From positions 6,500 through 70,499 of the forward strand of contig CAZBHH010000001.1 in NCBI GenBank assembly GCA_964492065.1: 64,000 nucleotides of DNA, read 5' to 3'. The notes under the pieces are model-generated. The model was given only the letters and a program-made list of their open reading frames with translations, was not told where the DNA came from and did no database searches. Position numbers and translations under genes: made by a program. Position 1 is the stretch's first letter; every line of letters begins with the position of its first letter. This document shows, piece by piece, positions 48,675-58,255 of the stretch. The stretch is from an uncultured Chitinophagales bacterium. Its GTDB lineage: Bacteria > Bacteroidota > Bacteroidia > Chitinophagales > BACL12.

Positions 48675-50477
48675 ATGACTCCCGAACACTTTAAAAATAT
48701 TGAAATCACCATTCCTGCCAACCCGGGGGTTTACCGGTATTACGACAAGGATAAACACATTCTCTATGTCGGAAAAGCGAAGAACCTGAAAAAACGGGTG
48801 AGCTCCTATTTCAGGGAAAGCGGTTTAAGCGGAAGGATTCAGGTGCTGGTAAGAAAGACCGAGTCCATTGAATTTACCATTACTAACACCGAACAGGATG
48901 CGTTTCTACTTGAAAATACCCTGATTAAAAAACTACAACCCAGGTATAATATTAACCTGAAGGACGGGAAGACATATCCCTATATCGTAATTAAGAATGA
49001 GCGGTTTCCGAGAATTTTCTTTACCCGGAAAAAAATTGCCGACGGCTCGCAGTATTTAGGCCCATACACATCGCTGTCACGGGCAAGGGCTATTTTCGAC
49101 TTTATAAAAACGCTGTTCCCGATACGCACTTGTTCTTACAACCTGTCGGAAGCAAACATTAAAGCCGGCAAATTCAAAGTATGCCTGGAATACCATTTGG
49201 GAAACTGTCTCGGCCCCTGTGAAAATTTGCAGACAGAAGCCGATTACATGGAAAATGTACAACAGATTATTCATATCCTAAAAGGGAATATGGGATTGGT
49301 AAAATCGCTGTTTCGCCAGAGGCTCAACAATCATGTGGAGGCGCTTGAATTTGAACAGGCCGAAGATATCCGGAAAAAATTGGAGGCAATCGAACAATAC
49401 CAGAATAAAAGCAGCGTCGTAAATATTCATATTGACAATGTCGATGTGTTTGCAATTGCAGATGCCAGCAGCTTTGCGGTAATCGGTTTTCTTAAAATCA
49501 TGCAGGGTATGGTAACTCAGGCTAAGACGCTGGTAATTCGCAAAAAGCTGGATGAAACACCCGAGGAGCTCTTGCTCTACGGCATCACCGAATTACAACT
49601 CGAGTTCGACAGCCGTGCAACTGAATTGATCTTGCCGTTTCCGATAGACCTGCCTGCTACTGCCGCAACACAACACATTCCACAAGCGGGAGAAAAGAAA
49701 AAACTGTTGGACCTGGCCTTTAAGAATGCAATGTATGTTAAAGAAGAAAAGGAAGCAGTCAATGAAAAACGGGAGAGGAAAAAAGGCAATGTGCGCATCC
49801 TGGAAGCCATTAAACAAGATTTCCGATTAACACAACTCCCCTATTGCATAGAGTGTTTTGACAACTCCAATATCCAGGGAACAAACCCGGTTGCCAGTAT
49901 GGTAGTATTTCGCAATGCCATGCCGAGTAAAAAGGATTACCGGCATTTCAATATTAAGACTGTAACAGGGCCGGATGATTTTTCGAGCATGCGTGAAATC
50001 GTATATCGCCGTTACAAGCGTTTAATGGACGATGCTTTGCCCCTGCCGCAGTTAATCGTCATTGATGGGGGCAAAGGCCAGTTACACGCAGCAGTTGATG
50101 CATTACAATCGTTGAATATTTACGGCAAAGTGGCGATATGTTCCATTGCAAAAAGATTGGAGGAAATTTACTTTCCCGAAGACAGCGTGCCTTTGTACCT
50201 GAATAAAAAATCGGAAAGCCTGAAGGTAATTCAGCAATTGCGAGATGAGGCGCACCGCTTCGCAATTACCTTTCACCGGCGGAAGAGAAACAAATCCGCT
50301 TTAACTTCAGAGCTCGATGCCATACCGGGAATAGGCCCATCCACAATCAGCCGTTTGATTAAAGTATTTAAAAGCGTAAAGAAAATTAAAGTTGCCGATG
50401 AGCAGTCCATTGCCGAAGTTATTGGTAAGGCAAAGGCACGTATTATCGTTTCGCATTTAAACAACCAACAGGGTTAA
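48675..50477 (+). CDS. uvrC: Excinuclease ABC subunit C
   Basis: GIY-YIG (GVYRY...YVGKAKNL), IECFDNS, IDGGKGQ, HhH (IPGIGP). Confidence 0.97.
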   Translation: MTPEHFKNIEITIPANPGVYRYYDKDKHILYVGKAKNLKKRVSSYFRESGLSGRIQVLVRKTESIEFTITNTEQDAFLLENTLIKKLQPRYNINLKDGKTYPYIVIKNERFPRIFFTRKKIADGSQYLGPYTSLSRARAIFDFIKTLFPIRTCSYNLSEANIKAGKFKVCLEYHLGNCLGPCENLQTEADYMENVQQIIHILKGNMGLVKSLFRQRLNNHVEALEFEQAEDIRKKLEAIEQYQNKSSVVNIHIDNVDVFAIADASSFAVIGFLKIMQGMVTQAKTLVIRKKLDETPEELLLYGITELQLEFDSRATELILPFPIDLPATAATQHIPQAGEKKKLLDLAFKNAMYVKEEKEAVNEKRERKKGNVRILEAIKQDFRLTQLPYCIECFDNSNIQGTNPVASMVVFRNAMPSKKDYRHFNIKTVTGPDDFSSMREIVYRRYKRLMDDALPLPQLIVIDGGKGQLHAAVDALQSLNIYGKVAICSIAKRLEEIYFPEDSVPLYLNKKSESLKVIQQLRDEAHRFAITFHRRKRNKSALTSELDAIPGIGPSTISRLIKVFKSVKKIKVADEQSIAEVIGKAKARIIVSHLNNQQG

Positions 50478-50478
50478 A

Positions 50479-50516
50479 ATAAAAATGCCACACAAACATT
50501 TGTGTGGCATTTTTAT
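50479..50516. terminator. Bidirectional terminator between uvrC and gldN
   Basis: ATAAAAATGCCACACAAA-CA-TTTGTGTGGCATTTTTAT perfect inverted repeat. Confidence 0.9.
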
Positions 50517-50531
50517 CGGAAAGAATATAAA

Positions 50532-51362
50532 TCAGAACTCCCAAAGCTGGTGTTCAAATTCGAATATCTCATTCTTAATCCTGTCGCTTTCCAGCACCTC
50601 GTCAATTCCGGATGCATACGAATTGATATATCTGTCGTACACGTTATCTTCTTTAATGATATAACTGCTGAAAAAACGCATCTCAAAAATATCGTCGAAG
50701 GTGAAATACCGGGCGCTGTTCTGCTCATTGAAAACCTCGTGACGCACAAACAGGTTGCGCAAATCGGGGTAGTATAACCAGAACATCAATTCCTCGCCAA
50801 TGGGTTCGCCGGTAAATTCATCGATGCGTTCGCGAATTGGTGCAATGCCGATAATGCGGACTACAAGAGTTGAAGTTTCCTGGTCGAAAATCCAATCTTC
50901 CTTAATCTGCAGTTTTTTTATGAGCTTATAATCAAACTCTCTTGGTATTACCTTAATTACCTCTTCATAAGTTACCTCATCATACTGGTAAACAGTATCC
51001 ACCCCTTCATAGCGCTGAACAATTTCATCAATCGTAAAGGCTGTTCCCTCCCGAAAATCATCGTACAAAGGATTATAGGCAGTTACTTCACCGGACTTGA
51101 TCGCTTCATAAACAAACTGCATAAACGGGTCTCGAGGCCATGTAAATATCAGGTTCATCTTCTCCCTGAAATCAATATTCCGCCAAACCCGTTTTTCCCA
51201 AAATACATCCGACTCGCGGATGTAGTCATACGGAATTACTTCCCGGGTGTTTATTAAGTTCCTGGTGTAGGCGCCATCCAACTTCGCTTCCGAAGTCGGC
51301 TGTGCAAATACCCCTGCAGTTGCAAGTGTACTAAACAGGAAAAAAAGAATGCGATTTCTCAT
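50532..51362 (-). CDS. gldN: Gliding motility/T9SS protein GldN (PorN)
   Basis: RESDVFWEKRVWRNID, IKEDWIFD, RIIGIAP, FEFEHQLWEF. Confidence 0.93.
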   Translation of the reverse strand: MRNRILFFLFSTLATAGVFAQPTSEAKLDGAYTRNLINTREVIPYDYIRESDVFWEKRVWRNIDFREKMNLIFTWPRDPFMQFVYEAIKSGEVTAYNPLYDDFREGTAFTIDEIVQRYEGVDTVYQYDEVTYEEVIKVIPREFDYKLIKKLQIKEDWIFDQETSTLVVRIIGIAPIRERIDEFTGEPIGEELMFWLYYPDLRNLFVRHEVFNEQNSARYFTFDDIFEMRFFSSYIIKEDNVYDRYINSYASGIDEVLESDRIKNEIFEFEHQLWEF

Positions 51363-51373
51363 AATATAGATTT

Positions 51374-52987
51374 TTATCCTATAAGTTTAAACGATAAACT
51401 CAGCTGGCGGGTAGTTCCGTCGGGCATCCTCACCGAAATCCTTGGAAACACGATAGTATCTCCCGGTTTGGCCTTTTTCTTAATTTCATTCATCAGCGAG
51501 GTAAACTTGTTGGAACTGGAAACATCGGAAACGATATTTCCGCCACCACTCGGTGCATATACCATCTCAAACCCGGAAACTGTGTAAGGAATTTGGAACA
51601 CAAAGTCCGGATTACGGGCATCTATCTTATCGGTAATCTTAAACTCTCCCGCCTTCATGGTACCTCCTTTGGAGGATCCGCAGTAGGGATACGGGTCTGG
51701 TATTCGCCTTACCCGAAACTCTTCGGAATAAGTCTTTGAACCCTCGGGCGACTGTACGGTTACGTTAATTTTATCCAAACCGACAGTCGTCGGCTTTGCG
51801 ATATATTCTTCGCCTTTCACCTTGGCAATCCCGCAACCTGATGCAGAAACCTTGTCGGCAGCAAATCCCGGTACGGAAATTTTCACAGGGTTGTCCACCC
51901 CGATGTACAGCACATTCATTGCAGTAGGAGAGATAACGGCCTGACCCACCTCGAAGGTTTCATATCCGAAATCAAACGGATAGAACTGGTATTCGCCTTC
52001 TTTCACCGGATCCGGCAACCGGATAACGCCCTGGTATTTAGGGCTGCCGGTAGCTAATTCTTTGATTTTTCCCATTCCTCCAACTACTTCGATCTGGCGG
52101 GCTCCTGACAATGGAATATCCTTGCCTTTAATCACGTTGTAATCGCCATTTGCATCCTGGTGAACGGCGCTTGTAAATGTGCCTAAGAACACTTCAATAT
52201 TTGCCTGTTCTGAAGTGGCTGCAATAAAGATATCGGCGGTATATTCATTGCCTCTCTTCACATAAGAGGAAGGCGCAATTACTCTTGCCGCCATCTTATC
52301 GAATTTGATTTTTGCTGCGTCCACCTGGGAGGCCAGGTGTTCCAGGACAGTAGATTCCGTACTCTTTGAATCATTCTGAATTTTGGTGAGAATAGTAATT
52401 ACCGCAATGGTCGGCACCTTGTAGAAGTTAAATTCTTCCCATGTGAGCTTATTCGCCTGCGCATCGGATTCATCGATGGACAAGGTCAGTTGCGACGCTT
52501 TCGCTTCGCCGTTCCATTTATTGAGTATATTTTTATATTCCTCACTTACTTTTAATATCTCGGCTTTTAATTCGGCTCCCTTGCCGCGATTGATAAACAT
52601 CGTAGTCGGTTTCTCCGTATCGCTCTCGCCTTTCAGTTTTTCCAGGCCCGAATGTTTATCAGTGATGGTTCCGCCGGTATATTCAATCAACTCGTTTTTA
52701 ATGCCCTCTATGTAATTATAGAATTCACTGGTGAGTTTTTGAACGGCCATTGCATCCTGGTTTATCTGTTGTACCCTGTCAGTTTGTTCCTCGGCTGCTT
52801 TATCGGCAATGCCGGCAATAATCTGAGAGTTTTTATCGGATAAAATGGTATTGGTATTTCCAATACCTTTATTCACCAGGTTAAAGGCGTTGAGAATCTC
52901 GGCAGAAACGTTAAGTGCAAGAAGGGCTGTCAACACCAGGTACATGAGATTAATCATGAGCTGGCGTGGTTCCTTAGGTATTGACAT
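51374..52987 (-). CDS. gldM: T9SS motor rotor GldM (PorM)
   Basis: PRQLMINLMYLVLTALLALNVSAEIL, MNVLYIGVDNP. Confidence 0.95.
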   Translation of the reverse strand: MSIPKEPRQLMINLMYLVLTALLALNVSAEILNAFNLVNKGIGNTNTILSDKNSQIIAGIADKAAEEQTDRVQQINQDAMAVQKLTSEFYNYIEGIKNELIEYTGGTITDKHSGLEKLKGESDTEKPTTMFINRGKGAELKAEILKVSEEYKNILNKWNGEAKASQLTLSIDESDAQANKLTWEEFNFYKVPTIAVITILTKIQNDSKSTESTVLEHLASQVDAAKIKFDKMAARVIAPSSYVKRGNEYTADIFIAATSEQANIEVFLGTFTSAVHQDANGDYNVIKGKDIPLSGARQIEVVGGMGKIKELATGSPKYQGVIRLPDPVKEGEYQFYPFDFGYETFEVGQAVISPTAMNVLYIGVDNPVKISVPGFAADKVSASGCGIAKVKGEEYIAKPTTVGLDKINVTVQSPEGSKTYSEEFRVRRIPDPYPYCGSSKGGTMKAGEFKITDKIDARNPDFVFQIPYTVSGFEMVYAPSGGGNIVSDVSSSNKFTSLMNEIKKKAKPGDTIVFPRISVRMPDGTTRQLSLSFKLIG

Positions 52988-53023
52988 TTCTTTTTACTTT
53001 TCTTATTTTAATGAATTAATTGA

Positions 53024-53848
53024 TTAGCGGTTGCTCCCTGCACCTGCACTCATGGCAGACAACATATTACCATATACCCTGTTCAATGCAGCCAGGTTAT
53101 TTGACAACTGACCGATTTCTTCTTTGTACTTTTGAGTATCTGACAGAGATTCATTCAGGTTATCCATCGCCGAATTCAACGAGCCATAGAAACGGTTCAT
53201 CGCTTTCAGGTGATTATTGGTATCCTGTAACTCCAGCTCGTAAATCGAATTTAACTGACTGAGGTTTTTGGTTACAACCTGCACCTGTTCGTGATACTTG
53301 GAAGTATCTACGGACGAAGATGCAATTTGAGACATGGCGTTGGCGGCATTGTGATATGCTTCCCGCATTTCGGAAACTGCCGATGATGCCTCTTTAATGT
53401 TCATGCTGTACTCATTGGTATTCAGCGCCGCATCGTGTACGTCTGACAATTTCTCGATGTTGTCGCCCAGTTTCTTCAGATTTTCACCCAAACGTTCAAT
53501 CATCATCGGTTCCACTTTGGATTCTTCAAGCATCTTATCCAATTGCTGTGTTACGCTCTGTTTTGGTTCCAGCTTATGAATTTTCTTACCTGTTTTGGCT
53601 TCTTCCACTTCCGGAGATATATCGAGATCCGGGTAAATTTTTTCCCAATAATAATCCTTGTGCGGAGGCAGCACTCCCAAAAGGAGGAAAATAAAGGCTT
53701 CGGTAAACATACCCACCATAAGCATAAGGTCGGCTCCGTCCCAGTGAAGGATTTTAAATAAAGCTCCAACGAGAACAATAGAAGCGCCAACGCCAATGAT
53801 TAGGTTTTTGATTCTTTTAAAACGATCGGTTTCGAAAAACGCAGACAT
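53024..53848 (-). CDS. gldL: T9SS motor stator GldL (PorL)
   Basis: GVGASIVLVGALFKILHW...GMFTEAFIF, YYWEKIYPDL, LNRVYGNMLSAM. Confidence 0.95.
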   Translation of the reverse strand: MSAFFETDRFKRIKNLIIGVGASIVLVGALFKILHWDGADLMLMVGMFTEAFIFLLLGVLPPHKDYYWEKIYPDLDISPEVEEAKTGKKIHKLEPKQSVTQQLDKMLEESKVEPMMIERLGENLKKLGDNIEKLSDVHDAALNTNEYSMNIKEASSAVSEMREAYHNAANAMSQIASSSVDTSKYHEQVQVVTKNLSQLNSIYELELQDTNNHLKAMNRFYGSLNSAMDNLNESLSDTQKYKEEIGQLSNNLAALNRVYGNMLSAMSAGAGSNR

Positions 53849-53930
53849 TGTGGTACTTGATTTTTTGGTTAATTAAAATTGTTTAAATCACACACATCAA
53901 CCTACGGGCACTCCCTTTGGCTGAATAACT

Positions 53931-55220
53931 TTAGAAATCACTCATTGACCTGCCCAAGAACGGCATTACACAGCGAAAGCCCACATAGCTGTTGGCGGTG
54001 TCCTGAAACTCGTAATGTCTTGTACCGGTTTGAATAAAATAACTAATATCTTTCCATGAGCCTCCCCTGATCACTTTGCGCTTCAACGCCGGCGGGTCGC
54101 TGTCTTCGGCATCGTAGCGTATATCCGGGTTTTGATCGTGGATAAACGCATAGGAATTCTCCTTGAATGCGGTAGATGTCCACTCTGCAACATTACCGGC
54201 CATATTATACAGTCCATAATCGTTTGGAGCATAGGAATATACATTTACGGTATAATACCCGCCGTCTTCGGGATAGTTACCCCGGCCGGGTTTAAAGTTG
54301 GCCAGGAAACAACCTTTTGTATTGCGCACATAAGGGCCGCCCCAGGGATACGGCACCAGGTCGCGGCCGCCTCTTGCTGCGTATTCCCACTCGTGTTCTG
54401 TAGGCAAGCGGAAGTCATCGACAATCACATCGCCGTTCTTAATTCTCCACCAGTTCCAGAACTCGGTTCGCCAATGCGAGAAGGCATTGGACTGATGCCA
54501 GGTTACCCCAACGACGGGGTATTCGTCAAAGGCGGGATGTGAAAAATATTGCCTGGTCATCGGCTCATTATAGGAATAGGCGTAATCGTGAACCCAAACC
54601 AGGGTATCGGGATACACCCGCACGGTCTTTTCGTCCATGAATTCGCTGATATACTTATCGCGATCCATATTTGTCTCCTTACTGGCGGCGTCTTTCCACT
54701 TTATCCAATTATAGGTATACACCAGGCGATTCGGATCAATCGTGCGGTAATAGCGGTATTCGCCCGGAGGCAACAGCATCTCCTGGAGTTTTGCGGATTG
54801 TTCGGGATCTTCCCAGTCGATTTCCTGGGTCCAGTCCAAAATGGGCTCTTCGGTAACCTGTCCCTCCTCGGCCTCTACATAATGGCCGAGCAGCACATGG
54901 GCTATGGAATCCCGCACCCAGAATACAAATTGGCGGTACTCGTTATTCGTAATTTCGGCGTCATCCATGTAAAATCCGGAAATGGAAATGGACTTTTCAC
55001 GTTGCCATAACGAGTTGTTCACATCCTGGTCGCTCGGGCCAATATGCAAGGTCCCGGATGGAACGTACACCATTCCGTAAGGATTTATAGGCTCCCAGCC
55101 CGGCCTGTCTAGTGTACCTAATAGCTGACCCCGGTAATCATCCCAACTGGATGACACACATCCGGAAAGGAGAAAAGCTGTGATTAATACAGCCGGGATT
55201 AAAGATATTCTTCTGTTCAT
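53931..55220 (-). CDS. gldK: T9SS ring lipoprotein GldK (PorK)
   Basis: LSGC lipobox, FGE-sulfatase-like domain (EITNNEYRQFV, RLPTEHEWEYAARGG). Confidence 0.93.
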   Translation of the reverse strand: MNRRISLIPAVLITAFLLSGCVSSSWDDYRGQLLGTLDRPGWEPINPYGMVYVPSGTLHIGPSDQDVNNSLWQREKSISISGFYMDDAEITNNEYRQFVFWVRDSIAHVLLGHYVEAEEGQVTEEPILDWTQEIDWEDPEQSAKLQEMLLPPGEYRYYRTIDPNRLVYTYNWIKWKDAASKETNMDRDKYISEFMDEKTVRVYPDTLVWVHDYAYSYNEPMTRQYFSHPAFDEYPVVGVTWHQSNAFSHWRTEFWNWWRIKNGDVIVDDFRLPTEHEWEYAARGGRDLVPYPWGGPYVRNTKGCFLANFKPGRGNYPEDGGYYTVNVYSYAPNDYGLYNMAGNVAEWTSTAFKENSYAFIHDQNPDIRYDAEDSDPPALKRKVIRGGSWKDISYFIQTGTRHYEFQDTANSYVGFRCVMPFLGRSMSDF

Positions 55221-55362
55221 ACTAGAGTGGTTATGCAAAGTAGTGTCGTAAAATTATACTTTTTATCAATAGAAAACCGCATTCTGTGACAATCTATAGC
55301 GATTGACAGCTTAAAATCCGGTTTGAAATTAAAAACAATATACGACATGACAAACGTTCAGT

Positions 55363-56373
55363 TCAATAATAAAGGTATCTCAGGTTATTAATTTCCTTAC
55401 CGGCCCTGGGCCTTTCCAATGGCACACGGTAGGCGATTGTCAGCTCATGCGACCCCTGGCTTACCGCACTGAGGCCTGATAATGTTATATCATAGGAATA
55501 ATGTATCCCCAATCTCTCCGTAATATTCCACCCGCCAATAATTACGACAGCATCGGTTTGATTCTCAAGATAACCTCTAAACGAGGCGCCTAAAAATAAA
55601 TTGTTTTTATAGTCGAGCAGCAGGTTCACGTCTGCCATACTCTCAATAACATCCGATTTAAAAAGAACGGTAGGCCGCAGGTGCCACTTACTGCCAATTT
55701 CCTGCGAATAGCCTAAATAAACGTACCCTGTGGGTGAATATTGTATCGAAGTATTCCCGGCGGCAGTAGGGAATTCAAATGCCTGACCCAGTAGGTGCAG
55801 TACCGAGACGCCGGCTTCCAGCTTACCTGATTTCAATGCGATACCCGCATTCAAATCAGGCAGGATATCGCTTACCAGCGTTTCCGGGATGTAATTGTCA
55901 TTGTGATCTACCATCCCTTCATAACTCCCCTGCGGTGCGATGAGCTTACTGCCGTTCAGCGCCTGGTAGGCTATTCCGGCCGAAGCTCCCAGGCTCAGAG
56001 TAGTGGTTGTACTCAGGCTGACATGATAGGCATAGGCAAGGGCTACGGCGGTGGTTTGCAATTGCCCTGCATTATCATTTACCAGCCTGATACCTGCTCC
56101 GCTATGGATGCGGTATAAGGGAAAATGGGAACTCAGCGACTGTGTCTGGGGCGCTCCCGGGATGTCAACCCATTGGCTGCGGGCGTTTACCACACTTACC
56201 ACGGCATCCTCCAGCCCTGAAAAAGCAGGGTTAAAAACAGCCGGTGCATTCATATATTGACTGAACTGGGGTTCGTGTTGCGCCCTGACTGCCAATGCGA
56301 GAAACGCACCCATAAACAATGCACAACAATGCCTCGACGGATTCAAAACAATGAAATATCGGCCTAATCTCAA
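55363..56373 (-). CDS. porP: PorP/SprF-family T9SS outer-membrane barrel
   Basis: QFSQYMNAPAVFNPAFSG, RSQWVDIPGAP, YSYDITLS...GSHE. Confidence 0.9.
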   Translation of the reverse strand: MRLGRYFIVLNPSRHCCALFMGAFLALAVRAQHEPQFSQYMNAPAVFNPAFSGLEDAVVSVVNARSQWVDIPGAPQTQSLSSHFPLYRIHSGAGIRLVNDNAGQLQTTAVALAYAYHVSLSTTTTLSLGASAGIAYQALNGSKLIAPQGSYEGMVDHNDNYIPETLVSDILPDLNAGIALKSGKLEAGVSVLHLLGQAFEFPTAAGNTSIQYSPTGYVYLGYSQEIGSKWHLRPTVLFKSDVIESMADVNLLLDYKNNLFLGASFRGYLENQTDAVVIIGGWNITERLGIHYSYDITLSGLSAVSQGSHELTIAYRVPLERPRAGKEINNLRYLYY

Positions 56374-56598
56374 ATCGTTTCCTTAATTATCCGGTGCAAA
56401 ATAATCAATGCTGTTTTCACTTCAAAATCCTGGTTCTTATCCATAGTATTCTGACATCCATTTGACATGTGTTCGGCGTATTGACCAAACAGCAGGCGCA
56501 AACCGGTATTTCCTCCGCTGATTCCGCATGCTTCTTAGGTGCCGGCCCGTCTATACGGTCAATCCGGTAGTGTCGAACTTTCCGTATGGCATCGGGAT

Positions 56599-57381
56599 CT
56601 ATTTCTTCTTATTCACAACCGATAAATACTTCTCCAGCGCCATGAAGATGGATGGGGTCTCGGCAGTAGGCGCCGCCACATCCACCCGGATATTATAATT
56701 TTCCAGAGTCTTAAGGGTCAGTTCACCCAAACATGCGATGCGGATATTACCCTGTTTAAAATCGGGGTAATTAAAGAGCAGGCTGTCCACGCCTTTCGGG
56801 GTAAACAGCAATATCATATCAAACTGATCGATTGGTTGTAAATCCTGTAAATCGGTAGGAATAGTTTCATAAATAAACGCCTCGCTGAAATCGGCGTTCT
56901 TCGATATTAGAAACTGGTTGATATTGTCCCGGTGTTCCTGAGCGCAGGGAAATAAAATCTTTTCATTCGGGATATGCTTTGCCATAACCTCAAACAATTC
57001 ATTCTCCTTGCCATTGGATCCATAGAATATTTTCCGCTTTCTAAACTGAATATACTTCTGAAGATACACCGCCACTGCTTCTGAAATACAGAAGTATTTA
57101 GTTTCCTCCGGCATGCGGATACGCAATTCTTCACAAACCCTGAAAAAATGATCTATGGCATTTTTTGAAGTCAGAATAACGGCTGAATATTCCCGTATGT
57201 CAATACGCTGTTTCCTGAATTCTTTAGCCGGGATACCCTCTATTTTAATAAACTGGCGAAACTCGAATTTAACCTTAAACTTTTCGGCAAGGTCTGTATA
57301 GGGATTCTTAGATATTTCAGGTTTAGGTTGTGATACCAGTATTCTCTTTACCGGTGTCATCACCTCATCATAATTAGACAT
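56599..57381 (-). CDS. hemD: Uroporphyrinogen-III synthase-like protein
   Basis: ILVSQPKP, ILTSKNAIDHFF, YFCISEAVA, FTPKGV; Bacteroidota-type HemD upstream of porP. Confidence 0.8.
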   Translation of the reverse strand: MSNYDEVMTPVKRILVSQPKPEISKNPYTDLAEKFKVKFEFRQFIKIEGIPAKEFRKQRIDIREYSAVILTSKNAIDHFFRVCEELRIRMPEETKYFCISEAVAVYLQKYIQFRKRKIFYGSNGKENELFEVMAKHIPNEKILFPCAQEHRDNINQFLISKNADFSEAFIYETIPTDLQDLQPIDQFDMILLFTPKGVDSLLFNYPDFKQGNIRIACLGELTLKTLENYNIRVDVAAPTAETPSIFMALEKYLSVVNKKK

Positions 57382-57393
57382 TCAACTAATTTT

Positions 57394-58254
57394 TCAGCTG
57401 TTTATTTCTAAGTTGCCGATCACTTTAATAAGTATCAGCAACGGTGCAATTTCCAGGGTGCAAAGATAGATTAAAAAATAAAAGAAGTGAAACCTGGCAA
57501 ATCCTCCCCCTATCTGCACACCTTTTATTATCCGGATTATGTAAACGCAAATCAACACCCCTGCTCCGCAATACAACGCCCATTGCGAAACCGGCGAATC
57601 GGTTGTAGCCATCAGGATGGCAAATGGCAACAGGCAGATACCCGTCATTTGCAGGAGCACCCTCGTGTTGAACCGGAAGAAATTCAATTCCGCTTTAAAC
57701 GGATAGATTAATGACAACAGGCCATAGACTAACGAACGGGCAAAATATATAGCGGGAATTAACAGTCCGTAAATTGCAATATCCAAATATTTATTCCCTG
57801 AAATACCGGGGAAACCGTAAGCGCTGAGTAGCTGATACAGGAAAACGGCACTTACCAAAACAAAATTCAGGAAGATCAGCAGGCTGAAAATACCTGCCGA
57901 GAATTCGCGGTCCCGGTAAATTTGCTGCCCCAGGTTTTGATTGACTATCACCGTAATATTCTCGCCAAGCTGGCGAGGGTATTGCACACGCAACAGGGTG
58001 ACATAAGCCAACAACAGCAACAGGATGCACGGTATGATCCATTCCGCCTCTGCACGTCGGGGTTGCATGACCTGTGACGTAACACTGCCTGTTTGCACAA
58101 GCAGGGAATCCATATTTGCAAATCCAAAAGCACTTTCCGCAGCAATGGCAGCAGACGTATCCGCAACAGCGGGCTGAGCAAGCGTATCCACCGTTTGCGC
58201 ATTTGAAAAATGCAAATTCAAAAGAATTACAACTGCAGTAACTGTCTTGCGCAC
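57394..58254 (-). CDS. DUF4271-like multi-TM membrane protein
   Basis: Multiple TMs, C-terminal YFLIYLCTLEIAP motif. Confidence 0.75.
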   Translation of the reverse strand: MRKTVTAVVILLNLHFSNAQTVDTLAQPAVADTSAAIAAESAFGFANMDSLLVQTGSVTSQVMQPRRAEAEWIIPCILLLLLAYVTLLRVQYPRQLGENITVIVNQNLGQQIYRDREFSAGIFSLLIFLNFVLVSAVFLYQLLSAYGFPGISGNKYLDIAIYGLLIPAIYFARSLVYGLLSLIYPFKAELNFFRFNTRVLLQMTGICLLPFAILMATTDSPVSQWALYCGAGVLICVYIIRIIKGVQIGGGFARFHFFYFLIYLCTLEIAPLLILIKVIGNLEINS

Positions 58255-58255
58255 G

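Noticed and set aside
56410-56598. 6S RNA
   Set aside because: No long closing stem with a central bubble; lacks the usual zapA/rny-type context
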